Virus record (IMG/VR): IMGVR_UViG_3300011977_000007 | Span: 1-64,000 of that record | Strand: one strand, 5' to 3' | DNA length: 64,000 bases | DNA from: a virus | Lineage: Duplodnaviria; Caudoviricetes | Shown: positions 29,101 to 38,950 of the stretch, piece by piece | Numbering within the stretch: position 1 is the first letter of the stretch | Layout of the letters: every line of letters starts with the position of its first letter | Made by a program: the position numbers and the translations under genes | The notes under the pieces: model-generated | Database searches by the model: none | What the model saw: only the letters and a program-made list of their open reading frames with translations | Told to the model about the DNA's origin: nothing

Positions 29101-29880
29101 AAGATCTCTGGCAAAACATATTTAGAGAATGGAAGAATTATCGAAAATCCAGTATTTAAATGGGCTTATAATGATAATTATAATACTGAGGAAATAGAGT
29201 ATCAAAAATTAAATGATATGGATATTCCAATACATGATGATTATGAATATGAATATCACTCTAATTTTGTAATTGGTAAGAAATCTAAAGTTGCTGAATT
29301 TAAGCTTGAATCTTCTAATGGGTTTAATATATGTAAGTCATATATTACGCTTAATTATTGTAGTCCAATTTATTATGGATTAGTTGATAAATCTCTAGTA
29401 GATGGTTCTAATAGCGATATTTATAGTAATCATCCTAGTGATATAATTAAAACCCTTAATAAAGTAATACAACCTAGAAGAGATTTAACTCTTGATAAAT
29501 ATGTAATTGGTAATAATAAACGATTTGTTTATGCTGTTCCTAAAGAATATGCATGTGATGAAGATGGTACATTATTATTAACATTTTTCTTACCAGATAT
29601 TAATTCTCCTGAAGTTATAAATGCAAATATGGATGATAAATCTACTCCTATATATACTGATGGGGTTGCATCTAGTAATGTATCTGATTCTTCTGATAGT
29701 ACAGAAAATTCATATGAGAGTGGATTAAGAGAATTGAATGCTTTTACAATGCAACAATTTAAGAATAATGTAATCTACACTAATCAATATGGATATCAAG
29801 AAGAATATATGATTTTTATATCCAATGGTTATTTCACTAGATTATATGACAATATTGGATTTAATATCAAGGTCAAATAA
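26134..29880 (+). CDS. Large virion structural protein (baseplate/tail-associated)
   Basis: 1248 aa; repeated LFINGR/VFLNGE beta modules; late operon. Confidence 0.6.
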   Translation: MITDKQKYAMVNQFRAHSLSVIRKNQKSFLPVLNTGKIFCCDKYRYMDKWHGYAYSADEPEKSFTILYVEHMPYRSLYKRAGNAAKSFTSSIDKMIFDNELVPFLLFINNRFVPWGKIDIVYDYGETFLKIHGPEYYKDLISDIKMVILPYNISFLYGTEPDYSFNSNFEALRSYINSNAVVKGQDIFITLPDTSVDYTYEHNTYNVGFWLLNQNKLKRLGVLSQERIDKLRQIDVNKIVNKNGHDEYVKTTVNIFDRDSYDNVELERLCNICPDNVLLKFNDDGELSDDGTNIIYLIDKSEVYYERTDVDGNSYIGRVKDGRLYIQEDPLGATVQNQLTHVHLNNSDEYVNGRDILFEENFLVFKNGCLCTDCKFDFAMYNNYKIYDVDKSTDYTADGKPYHQIQNNHITILTFLGNCDHLITHLDQFPNKKYVKQRLSESFFLNTDVNGYRDMISEPLDFDVYDSKLYKQNVLDSMNSVLAYNPLLLDSLFTKYVKSVSYTGKELNDKITIKKKYKYKYVEENNQQVMKRMLINSRGIDIPRMRFDEDHETYPLVFLNGELIANYDELKVTSNKLFLPVIEDFDPTDEIEFLYITGINNNEYEIDKFEGTDHCYSKAIPKDELRIFSTDVKDLLEYPDIKYDYDNIAFPVYKRTYKVLEQDNVLGRRIQNKLGDTIEYDEVVTIPDDFNGRKVIAASYKKFVYQRIKVDKKAYRVRISRKFRCCDNQKQYCLFINGRLVDRDDYIITLPKLSRPFDGMYLYSSRFFKATDRIDLFYLPYEFMNMNSDKTFELKENGYIEYDRQSLKFPLDPDLYMIFINGKKVAKDDIIRISTNTMRITKDTQSTNDLCMFSVVKDDIPEVSNYIATGKLSKYEKLIDFIKYNDRLGYDELDRLFNEYIKMSNFEAPLNADVARIAIINEIVRDFWVASGYDYNAHPFVYDFEHDDYISKDYETGNYILPSMDAVPNINIIKYDLHHLYFVLYDGNSKISGKTYLENGRIIENPVFKWAYNDNYNTEEIEYQKLNDMDIPIHDDYEYEYHSNFVIGKKSKVAEFKLESSNGFNICKSYITLNYCSPIYYGLVDKSLVDGSNSDIYSNHPSDIIKTLNKVIQPRRDLTLDKYVIGNNKRFVYAVPKEYACDEDGTLLLTFFLPDINSPEVINANMDDKSTPIYTDGVASSNVSDSSDSTENSYESGLRELNAFTMQQFKNNVIYTNQYGYQEEYMIFISNGYFTRLYDNIGFNIKVK

Positions 29881-29917
29881 CATATCAGTAATATCTGTAT
29901 AAAGGAGGGTACTAACT

Positions 29918-30112
29918 ATGAAGAAAAAAATTCTTGAGAAGTTATCAAGTAAAGTAGTTTGGGCTACAGCAATTCCGTTAATTGCTAACTTAGTTGCTAC
30001 GTTTGCTTCTAAAGCATATGCTGATCAGTTCTCAGGTGTAGCTACACCCGTTGTGTCTTTACTTGCTTTATTTGGTATTCTTAATAACCCAAATGACAAA
30101 GGTTCATTTTAA
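29918..30112 (+). CDS. Small two-TM holin
   Basis: KLSSKVVW...LLALFGILNNP; late motif at 29879. Confidence 0.7.
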   Translation: MKKKILEKLSSKVVWATAIPLIANLVATFASKAYADQFSGVATPVVSLLALFGILNNPNDKGSF

Positions 30113-30161
30113 GGTTAGATGTACAAAAGATATTGCTTAAATCATTATGCCATACTTTTTA

Positions 30162-30186
30162 CCCCTATGGGAATTTCCCATAGGGG
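30162..30186. terminator. Hairpin between convergent genes
   Basis: CCCCTATGGGA-att-TCCCATAGGGG. Confidence 0.65.
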
Positions 30187-30194
30187 CATAAGTT

Positions 30195-30968
30195 TTAATT
30201 CGTAGATATAATTACACTTATAATATCATCTGTTGGATATGGAGTATCAAAATCAGTCTTTATAATAAATTTATTTCCTAAAATAGATGTATAAAATAAT
30301 CCGCTTACATCTAATCTTGATTTATCTGCATACGCTCTATATATTTTGTAATTGGATACACTACCTAATATTGTTGCTGAGATAGATGAGTATCCTTTTT
30401 TAATATTAAATCTATATAAAGAAATATCTTTTTCTTCTGGAATTGGGTTAAGCATGCATAATTGAGAAAGATATTTAGTTACTTTTTTGTTTCCATGAAG
30501 TATTAGAGTACTATTATCATATAAATCATCCCCAATAGGCATTTTACTAATGAAATTACTTACAACTTCCTTGTCTGTTATTTTATCGTATTTTTTATTA
30601 AACGATATACCTAAATCATCATTACTTTCTTTTTTAGGTATATTTTTAGATATTTCTTCTTCTTTAATTTTATTATAAATTACATTCGCAGTAGAATTTA
30701 TTTTTAATTTAATGCTATTATCTTTAGATATATCTATAGATGCATTAAATGTATATATATTAATGCCCGATTTTAAATTTAATGTAAACTGCTGAATAAC
30801 TGTATTGTTGATATAAACAATAATAGATGCATTTATATCATAATTATTCTCAATTACAATGGTTATATTAGTTTTTGCCGTATCATAATCAGTATCCGCA
30901 TATGCAGTTATTTTATAAGATTTATTATCACTGAGACCTGAAGTACCAAAACTTACCATTATAATCAC
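30195..30968 (-). CDS. Hypothetical, probable virion protein
   Basis: 257-aa beta-rich ORF. Confidence 0.6.
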   Translation of the reverse strand: MIIMVSFGTSGLSDNKSYKITAYADTDYDTAKTNITIVIENNYDINASIIVYINNTVIQQFTLNLKSGINIYTFNASIDISKDNSIKLKINSTANVIYNKIKEEEISKNIPKKESNDDLGISFNKKYDKITDKEVVSNFISKMPIGDDLYDNSTLILHGNKKVTKYLSQLCMLNPIPEEKDISLYRFNIKKGYSSISATILGSVSNYKIYRAYADKSRLDVSGLFYTSILGNKFIIKTDFDTPYPTDDIISVIISTN

Positions 30969-32155
30969 TTCCTTTCAGCTATTAAATACTCAAATACAAA
31001 GCGCTCATGCTGCTCTGTTGTAATATAAGTTGTTATAGATTTATTAATTGTATCCATAGAATAATCTATAGATTCAAATTGTCTTACTCCATTTCTATAA
31101 ACAATTATATCATGATCACAATCTTTATTAAATGCTAATTTTCTATATGGGATTGTAGTCTCACCATCTTTTTGAATAGAGTATACATATCTATTGCTAG
31201 AAATTTTTAAATCTCCAATATTTGGAGTGCTAGTTTCTGGATTTATATTAAGCTTTTTACAGCAAAATTTATATAAGTTATAAAGTGCTTTACTACTAGC
31301 TAAGCAAGTAGAATCTGGTACCGTAAAACTATCGGAAACCTTCTCAATTTTACCAGATGGTATGGAATTATTCGCAATATTTCCACCGTATAAATATAGA
31401 TTGTTACCATTAGAAACATCCGCTGAATTATATATAAATAAGAAATTTACAGCTCTACCAATATCTATTGATTCATCAATAAAATTTATTGTTGCAGTAT
31501 AGATATGCCCATCGGTAGATTTATTATCTATAATTTCATATCTTGCCTTATCAATATATGTAGAGCCAATCTTTACCTCTATATAATTACCACCAGCAGA
31601 ATAATCTTTAAATGGATAGGTAAATTCAAAACTTGATTGATGATCTGTTGCAGCTCTTACATAACTTGTAGTAAATCCTATCCTGGTCATATTATCAAGT
31701 CGTTCCTGAACAGTAATACCATTATTATCGTATACGGCATCTGCTTTAGATATTGGTAAGTATATATTAGCGCCAGTATCTTTAAGTAAAACTGTTTTAG
31801 TATCTTGATCAAATATCTTATCATAATCTAATGCAGGATTAAATCCATTAGTATTGTCTGGCATTAAATATCTTTTATAAATAAAATTAATAATATATTT
31901 TAGTTTTTGTGGATCAATTAATCCATCAATTGTGATTGTTAAATTATCACCGCTAATATTTGGATTTTCTGAATATAAATTTGTTAAATCTATTAATCTT
32001 GTTCTATCCTTTGAATCTGTTATATAAATATGATATGATGGGTCGTCACCAAGATTATCTATTAATATCTCTTTTGTTTGAGCAAGTTCTTTATCATTCA
32101 ATGATAATGGTCTCAATGGTAATCTACCCATATTAAACTGATCATTTACAGACAT
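30965..32155 (-). CDS. Probable virion/tail-associated protein
   Basis: VYRNGVRQ module; divergent late motif at 32180-32191. Confidence 0.6.
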   Translation of the reverse strand: MSVNDQFNMGRLPLRPLSLNDKELAQTKEILIDNLGDDPSYHIYITDSKDRTRLIDLTNLYSENPNISGDNLTITIDGLIDPQKLKYIINFIYKRYLMPDNTNGFNPALDYDKIFDQDTKTVLLKDTGANIYLPISKADAVYDNNGITVQERLDNMTRIGFTTSYVRAATDHQSSFEFTYPFKDYSAGGNYIEVKIGSTYIDKARYEIIDNKSTDGHIYTATINFIDESIDIGRAVNFLFIYNSADVSNGNNLYLYGGNIANNSIPSGKIEKVSDSFTVPDSTCLASSKALYNLYKFCCKKLNINPETSTPNIGDLKISSNRYVYSIQKDGETTIPYRKLAFNKDCDHDIIVYRNGVRQFESIDYSMDTINKSITTYITTEQHERFVFEYLIAERK

Positions 32156-32249
32156 CTTAATTCCTCCTTTATCGATTATTATAAGAATGTTTCGCCAAAA
32201 TGCACACTTAAAACATTTATATAATTAACTTAGAAGGAGGTTGAGTTAT

Positions 32250-32921
32250 ATGAATAGTAATCGATATACGCCTTCTGCAGTTGGGTTTGAGCGAATAAGT
32301 AAAGAACCATTAGATAAATTTGAAATTTTTAATTCAATTGCTGAATTACAAGATTATGTATTAAATGGTCCAGCTTATCCGGGCCAAAAATGCACTGTAA
32401 ATTTTTCTGATGGCAAAGTATTATCATACCAACTCATAAAGAAAGCTGATAAATGTACAATACGACCCATATATCCAATAGAAGAACATATAATGCGTAA
32501 ATCTGAATATGCTAAATACGGATTTACTGATTCTGCCGTTACTGTAAAAAATCCAAGTGACGATAGTAATAAATGGTTATTGGTATATAATTATAACCCT
32601 GAATATAAATACATGTATTCTAGTCGTGATGGGTACGAAATGTTAGCAGAAGCATATTCAATATTGCATAATTTACAGTTATATAATAATAATGGTATTA
32701 ACCTTATGATTGTCATTAATGGAGAAATAAAGTATAAATGGAAACAAGAATACAATTTTATGCTTAGTAGTAGTACGAGTGATGTTGGTGCTTGTATTAA
32801 ATATGCTCCAGATGATAGTACATTTATATGCCCGCTAGTTGTAGATGCTACATTAACTAATTATGGATTATTTCCTAAAAAGGAAAATAATAATTTCATA
32901 AGTCTATATGTCGGATTATAG
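32250..32921 (+). CDS. Virion protein with divergent PLD-type N-terminal domain
   Basis: FERISKEPLDKFEIFNSIAEL; late motif at 32212. Confidence 0.55.
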   Translation: MNSNRYTPSAVGFERISKEPLDKFEIFNSIAELQDYVLNGPAYPGQKCTVNFSDGKVLSYQLIKKADKCTIRPIYPIEEHIMRKSEYAKYGFTDSAVTVKNPSDDSNKWLLVYNYNPEYKYMYSSRDGYEMLAEAYSILHNLQLYNNNGINLMIVINGEIKYKWKQEYNFMLSSSTSDVGACIKYAPDDSTFICPLVVDATLTNYGLFPKKENNNFISLYVGL

Positions 32922-32932
32922 GAGGTGCTAAC

Positions 32933-33466
32933 GTGAGTGATATAAATTTAGGGCCTTTTAGATTAAATCCTAGAGGTGAAATAAAACCTGGAGAAAAATA
33001 TAAGTTTCTTGATTTAGTGACTTATAAGGGTAGTTCATATGTAAATATTAATAATGATATTATTGATGGCGATGCAAGTATAAATGTATTACCAACACAA
33101 GAAGAGGGGGCTACAAAATATTATCAGTTAGTAGCTTCTAAAGGAGATAAAGGCGAAGCTCCAGAGCAATATGATAAATTCACTACAATTACTACTAATG
33201 ATTGGGATTATCCTACTGCAGATAAAATAAAAATATCTGGAGCTTATGATAATACTAAACCTATAAATATTTTAAATGCCTATGATGGATGCTGTGGAAT
33301 TATTGTTACTGATCTTGATATTATTTTGCCTGCGAATAGTGATGTAAGTATAGATTTTTATTATCTTACATTAAGTAATAATGAATATTTTGTTTATTCA
33401 TTTATATATGATGGTGGTAGGCAAAGATTTATATGGAATAGGACGATTTATAAAGCAAATGTTTAA
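32933..33466 (+). CDS. Probable tail-associated protein
   Basis: PRGE...YKFLDLVTYKGSSY...LVASKGDKG module typical of phage tail proteins. Confidence 0.55.
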   Translation: MSDINLGPFRLNPRGEIKPGEKYKFLDLVTYKGSSYVNINNDIIDGDASINVLPTQEEGATKYYQLVASKGDKGEAPEQYDKFTTITTNDWDYPTADKIKISGAYDNTKPINILNAYDGCCGIIVTDLDIILPANSDVSIDFYYLTLSNNEYFVYSFIYDGGRQRFIWNRTIYKANV

Positions 33467-34616
33467 TGGAAGACATTTAACGCACGTATTTCACAGTCAA
33501 AATAAAACAGGCATTAAAAGATATGGAGTATGCTCAACTCGTGAATATTCTATATTAGAATCCACTTTTAATAATAAAGGTGGAACTCATGAATTTAAAA
33601 ATTTATCACCTGGATTATATGCTTTTAAAACAGATACATCATGTTATATGATATCTTTACCTGTAACACTTGCTGGTGATGATAAACTAGTTATTGAAAA
33701 TAGATCTAGTGTATATACGGTAATTAATGGTATAAAGAAGATGCTAATTCCTTATGAAATGTCAGCATCATTTACAAGTAAAAGTCTTCAAGTTGTGCTT
33801 CAAAGTATGTTTCAGGGAGATACTAATGCTAACTATCTTAGTATAAATAATGCTATTAATGGATATATTGATATGATAGCAGTGGCAGGATTAACTACAA
33901 TGAGTAGGGAGAATCCTAGTCCGTATAAGCCAGCGGAACTTACATCTTTAGGTTCTTTTACGATAGAATCTAATGGTATATTGGATGGTCAGCATTCTGA
34001 ATTAACTATTAATTTAAATAATAATATTAAAAAATTACCATGTGGTAGAAGTGATTTATTCGTAATGGATGCTATTCATAAAGAATCATATATAATCTAT
34101 AGAGTTGGTAGATTAGTTCTTACAGGAAGTGAGCAATGGCAAGCTATAAAAGAAGATAATGGTCATTGTATATATTTCTTACCATTTAATCTAATTAGTA
34201 CTTCTATTAGTAATGGTGCTATAATATCCAATTATTTTCCTGGTGAATCATATGATAATATGATGCTAAAATCAAGTATTGATTATTGTATAGCAAACAG
34301 TGTAGAACAGAGTAAGCCAGGAATATATATTAAATTGCCTACAGAACTTATAGCTGAAACTGGAGTAGAAAATTTTAAGAAATATCTCAAGTATTTAGTT
34401 AATAAGAAAAATCCTGTTATAATAGAATATTTATCGAAAGATATTAGGGTTAAATCTGTATTATTGGATGATTATATTATACCTCAATATAGTCCTAATA
34501 CTAATATAAATATAGATGCGGATACTTATGCCGCATTTTTCTTTAGAACTATTAATTATGAAGATGATCCTGCTAAGAGGCCTAAACAGGACCGTAAATT
34601 ACAAATTAAAATTTAG
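33459..34616 (+). CDS. Probable tail-associated protein
   Basis: ENPSPYKP...LKKLP...RVGRLVLTGSEQW; coupled start overlapping previous stop. Confidence 0.55.
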   Translation: MFNGRHLTHVFHSQNKTGIKRYGVCSTREYSILESTFNNKGGTHEFKNLSPGLYAFKTDTSCYMISLPVTLAGDDKLVIENRSSVYTVINGIKKMLIPYEMSASFTSKSLQVVLQSMFQGDTNANYLSINNAINGYIDMIAVAGLTTMSRENPSPYKPAELTSLGSFTIESNGILDGQHSELTINLNNNIKKLPCGRSDLFVMDAIHKESYIIYRVGRLVLTGSEQWQAIKEDNGHCIYFLPFNLISTSISNGAIISNYFPGESYDNMMLKSSIDYCIANSVEQSKPGIYIKLPTELIAETGVENFKKYLKYLVNKKNPVIIEYLSKDIRVKSVLLDDYIIPQYSPNTNINIDADTYAAFFFRTINYEDDPAKRPKQDRKLQIKI

Positions 34617-34627
34617 GAGGTAATATT

Positions 34628-35020
34628 ATGAAAATAACTTTTACTGATAAGGAAGATATAGTAGGTCTTCCTGAAGTTAATATAAAAAATAAAGTAACAG
34701 CTGCTGATATGAATGAAATTAAAAATGTTGTTAATAAGAATAGTGAGATACTTGATGATGTACAATATTCAGTAGAGCAAAGTAACGTACCAGTTGGATT
34801 TATAATGACAGTTAATAATCTTAATTCTATACCAGATAATTGGTTACCTTGCGACGGACAAGCATTAAATAAAATAGATTATAGTGCTTTATATAGAGTT
34901 ATTGGTAATGCTTATGGATCTACATCTGATACATTTAATTTACCGAACCAAAATGCTTGCTCTATTAATATAAATGCTAATTTAATTCCTAAATATTATT
35001 ATATTATACGAGCTAAATAA
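34628..35020 (+). CDS. Phage tail collar domain protein
   Basis: PVGFIM...PDNWLPCDGQ...YSALYRVIGNAYG...TFNLPN. Confidence 0.85.
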   Translation: MKITFTDKEDIVGLPEVNIKNKVTAADMNEIKNVVNKNSEILDDVQYSVEQSNVPVGFIMTVNNLNSIPDNWLPCDGQALNKIDYSALYRVIGNAYGSTSDTFNLPNQNACSININANLIPKYYYIIRAK

Positions 35021-35032
35021 GGTGGTGATGAT

Positions 35033-35278
35033 ATGCAATCCGGTAATACTTTTATAAGAGGAGTATTGGAATTAGTCACTGGGCAGCCAACCATAAAGGC
35101 TAAAGTTCATGGTGTACTAAAACCATTATCAATAGAATCATCAAATGTATCATTCTCTAATGATATTACTGTTAAGGATTCTACCAAAACTAATAAAATT
35201 ATATTATCTGGTAGTTATGGGACCGAAGATCCACCAACAGATGCTGTTGAAGGACAAATATATTTTAAAATAATTTAA
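35033..35278 (+). CDS. Small tail-fibre-associated protein
   Basis: YGTEDPPTDAVEGQIYFK. Confidence 0.55.
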   Translation: MQSGNTFIRGVLELVTGQPTIKAKVHGVLKPLSIESSNVSFSNDITVKDSTKTNKIILSGSYGTEDPPTDAVEGQIYFKII

Positions 35279-35364
35279 AGAGTTTATAGTATGGTGATAG
35301 CCTAATAATGGCTATCACTATATTAAAGCTTATTCAGGGATAATTAAAGTAAAGGAGATAAGCT

Positions 35365-36420
35365 ATGGCTGTTCATAATTTTGGACCAATATATCATTCT
35401 GAATCACCCAAAAGTATGAAAATGACTGGATGGGTTGATGATGATGGAAATTATTCAATAACTTTTGCTTCTGCATTTACAGATGCAGATAGTAGTTTTA
35501 AGTATTCATGGACAATTTATGTAGGAGCAGACTCTTCAAACCCAGTAATAGAAATTCCTCAGGATACTATTAATAATGATGCTAGTTTTACTAAAACTGT
35601 TACAGGTAAAATAAGTGGTGCTAAATTTCATGCATGGGCTCATTGTGGGTGTGATGGATGTGCTAATAATACTGCACCTTTAGTAATAGCAGATATTAAT
35701 CTATATGTCCCACCAACTTTAGGTACTATAGAAGTTACCAATAGAACTACAAAGTCAATTACTGTTAAGGCTACATGGAATGATGTAAATGGCGAAGAAT
35801 ATACAAAAGCTAATGCTACTATAAAATTAGTAAAATCAGATGGCAATGTTGTTGCTACAAAAACAGAGTATTTAAAAGATGGATCTGATCCTGTTACATT
35901 TGATAATCTAGATCATAATACAGCTTATACTATAAAAGCTTCATTATCAGATGGTACTACTACATTAAATTATACCGATATCACTACAAGTACAAAGTTA
36001 TTAAAAGTAGAATATTCTAATTTAGAAATTCATCAGTATTCAGCTATTGTTAATTTCATATCATCAATAGACAATAAAAAAGAATATGACCAAACAAATA
36101 TTGCAAGGCAAAAATGTAATTTAACGAGTGCTGGTACTACATATAATGATAATATATCTTTTGAAGATGATAAAACAAGACCTGCTAATTCTAAAGTAAC
36201 CATACATGATTTAAAATCATACACTAAATATAATTTAAAGTATGATATAACCGATGGTCATAATATAGTAAGCGTAGCTATTGATTTTACTACAGTATTC
36301 CCTTATGCAAGGATAAATATAAATGGTGAATCTAAAAAAGCAATACCGTATATTTATACTAATAAAAAATGGCATATTGCTAAAGGATATATTGGTAGTA
36401 AAGAATTTAATGGTGAATGA
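35365..36420 (+). CDS. FN3/Ig-like repeat virion protein
   Basis: TFDNLDHNTAYTI and IHDLKSYTKYNL FN3-like signatures. Confidence 0.6.
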   Translation: MAVHNFGPIYHSESPKSMKMTGWVDDDGNYSITFASAFTDADSSFKYSWTIYVGADSSNPVIEIPQDTINNDASFTKTVTGKISGAKFHAWAHCGCDGCANNTAPLVIADINLYVPPTLGTIEVTNRTTKSITVKATWNDVNGEEYTKANATIKLVKSDGNVVATKTEYLKDGSDPVTFDNLDHNTAYTIKASLSDGTTTLNYTDITTSTKLLKVEYSNLEIHQYSAIVNFISSIDNKKEYDQTNIARQKCNLTSAGTTYNDNISFEDDKTRPANSKVTIHDLKSYTKYNLKYDITDGHNIVSVAIDFTTVFPYARININGESKKAIPYIYTNKKWHIAKGYIGSKEFNGE

Positions 36421-36481
36421 TTGCACCTAAACCTCTGTAATATGCGAACATAAGATTAATTTATGTAGGAGGTGCGATCAA

Positions 36482-37270
36482 ATGGAACATAATGATCCAT
36501 TAACAGTAGCCCAAGCAATTAATGATTATGGGCCATATGCAGTTATATTAGCTTTTGTATTAGTTCTATTTTTATATTGCATATGCAATGTAAATAGAAT
36601 GTATAAAAAATTTCAAAACCAATCTATAAAGAATAATGAAGAGTACAAAAATGGTATGATGGAAATTGCTAATAAAATGGTTGATCAGATGCTGGAGATT
36701 GATAAAAAGAAGAATTCCAAATCTGAACCTGATCTTATGAAGGTATTTGTTAAATTAAAAGAATCAATGCACGATTATTGCAAAGATTGTATGGATAATT
36801 TAAATGCTGATAGGTTAGCAATTTATTTATTCCATAATGGAACTCATAGCACTCATGGTGTTAAGTTTTTTAAAGTATCATGCATTTGTGAAAATGTGAG
36901 AATAGGAAGTGGTATTAGAGAGCATTCAATTGAGCACTCAAATATTCCGCTTAACTTATTTGATACTATGATTGATAATTTATTAAAAGACGGGGAGTAT
37001 ATTATTAAGAATGATGGTGATTTACAATGCATGAATTGTAGAATTTTTATATCATCTGATAAAATAAAATATGCTGTTACTGAAGCTATATTTGACAAGA
37101 ATAATGTAATTCTTGGATTTGTTATTATTGAATCTTCTAAGGATTACGATGAAAATAATATAGATTCTCAAAGACAGGAATTAAGAAAATTAATATCTCA
37201 AATATCACCAATACTTGATTATGGAGATTATATAGATATTAATATAGCGAAAACAAATTCGACTTATTAA
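36482..37270 (+). CDS. Single-TM protein with GAF-like domain, candidate holin
   Basis: N-terminal TM; LNADRLAIYLFHNG...IFDKNNVILGFV; late motif at 36447. Confidence 0.45.
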   Translation: MEHNDPLTVAQAINDYGPYAVILAFVLVLFLYCICNVNRMYKKFQNQSIKNNEEYKNGMMEIANKMVDQMLEIDKKKNSKSEPDLMKVFVKLKESMHDYCKDCMDNLNADRLAIYLFHNGTHSTHGVKFFKVSCICENVRIGSGIREHSIEHSNIPLNLFDTMIDNLLKDGEYIIKNDGDLQCMNCRIFISSDKIKYAVTEAIFDKNNVILGFVIIESSKDYDENNIDSQRQELRKLISQISPILDYGDYIDINIAKTNSTY

Positions 37271-37275
37271 TTAAT

Positions 37276-37348
37276 GCACCATGGGGTAACGCCCATGGTG
37301 CCATCTTTAACATTTTATTAATAATTTATAGACAAAGGAGGAAAAGAA
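37276..37348 (+). repeat. Repeated intergenic cassette: CCATGG hairpin + AACATTTTATTA promoter + SD (copies at 37276, 40187, 43085; related at 48941)
   Basis: GCACCATGGG-N6-CCCATGGTGC followed by ctttAACATTTTATTAA. Confidence 0.75.
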
Positions 37349-38950
37349 ATGGCTATTAAGATAGGCGATAATTTTCTATATAGAGGAAAGAAACCTTTAG
37401 ATGAGCGAGATTCATTTAATAATATTGCTGATATGAAAGCTTATGATGAAACTTCTTTAGATGAAGGTCATATTTCATACTGTAAAGCTACTGATAAATA
37501 TTATAAATTTAACTCATCTAATAGCGAAGATGCAAATCTTGGAAAATGGAGAGAGTATACTGTAACTCCAAGTGTTAATGCTGAAGTAGCATTTGATGAT
37601 TATGATGTAAATACTCCATATAAAACTGGCAAATATGTAGTATATAATAATATTATATATAAAGTATTAAAAGATTATACTAGTAAAGATATATCTACGG
37701 ATATTACCGATGGTAATATTGAAAAATACATTGGCGATACTTATAATGATACTAATATTAAGAAAAATATTGCGAGTATAAATAAAGCAATTGGCGATAT
37801 GTCACAATTATCTGTAGTTGGAGTTGCGGATATTGTAAGTGCATTAAATAAAATAGATTTAAGCTTTATGCAATCTATAGTTTTTAATACTAAAGTTGAT
37901 CAACAAAGTGGAAAACCTATTAAAGTATTAACTATAACTTATAAGAATAATAATAGTATTGATGTTGATATTAGCGGAATTATTACTTCTACTAATATTG
38001 GTGAGTTAAAGAATGTAGATGATACTGGAATTACTGACAAGCAGGTATTATCATATGATACTGCTAGTAATAAATATATTCCCACGACTATTGATACTTC
38101 AACAGTATTAACATCAGCTAAGAATTATACAGATTCCAAATTCAATACTTTAAATAAGCAGACTGGTATTGTTGTAGATTCAAAACCATCTATAGTTGAT
38201 AATGGTGATACTACATATACTATTACTTATATAAAAGATAAAGAGACTAAGACTACTAATGATACTAATATTTGGTTTTATTATCCTACGGGAACAGGTG
38301 ATTATTCACAGACTATTTTTATTAGTGGTACTGAAGTTACATTAAGTGTTACTGGTGGTATTGATTTAACTGATTACGTTAATAAGAATAAAGATTTAGC
38401 TAATGGTTTTACTGGGACTGAAGTAGATACTACTAAGATCACTACAATTAAAGAATTGCAGGATTTACTTAATATTGTAAATACTGCATTAGGGAAGAAG
38501 ATAGGAACGACTGACGTAATTGATGATTTATACCATCAGGATAGCGATAAGCCGCTATCCGCTAAACAAGGTAATGAAATTAAGAAATTAATCGATAATA
38601 GTATTGGTGCTATTAGTGGAAATACAATGCTTCGTAAAGTATTTGAGAATGTTAAAGCTAATGAGGAATATACATTGGATTCTGCTTTTTCTCTTAAAGG
38701 TGCATATATTTCTGGAGTTTATAAAATTCAAGATGGTACTTTAAATCAATCTGCCGAATTAAAGAAATTATCATCAAATACAAAACAGGATTTCACTAAG
38801 AATATGGATGAAATTATTATTGATGATAGTGGTGCTAAAATTAAAGATGAATATGATTATAGATTAAATGTAAACGCTGCAGGATTTTTTGAAACTAATA
38901 TTATTACTAAAAATGATTTTATTGATATTATTGGAATTGAGGTGATATAA
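37349..38950 (+). CDS. Tail fibre/adaptor protein, GDNFxYRGKKPLD family copy 1
   Basis: About 70-aa N-terminus shared with 40259, 44049, 45233; PLSAKQG motif. Confidence 0.65.
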   Translation: MAIKIGDNFLYRGKKPLDERDSFNNIADMKAYDETSLDEGHISYCKATDKYYKFNSSNSEDANLGKWREYTVTPSVNAEVAFDDYDVNTPYKTGKYVVYNNIIYKVLKDYTSKDISTDITDGNIEKYIGDTYNDTNIKKNIASINKAIGDMSQLSVVGVADIVSALNKIDLSFMQSIVFNTKVDQQSGKPIKVLTITYKNNNSIDVDISGIITSTNIGELKNVDDTGITDKQVLSYDTASNKYIPTTIDTSTVLTSAKNYTDSKFNTLNKQTGIVVDSKPSIVDNGDTTYTITYIKDKETKTTNDTNIWFYYPTGTGDYSQTIFISGTEVTLSVTGGIDLTDYVNKNKDLANGFTGTEVDTTKITTIKELQDLLNIVNTALGKKIGTTDVIDDLYHQDSDKPLSAKQGNEIKKLIDNSIGAISGNTMLRKVFENVKANEEYTLDSAFSLKGAYISGVYKIQDGTLNQSAELKKLSSNTKQDFTKNMDEIIIDDSGAKIKDEYDYRLNVNAAGFFETNIITKNDFIDIIGIEVI

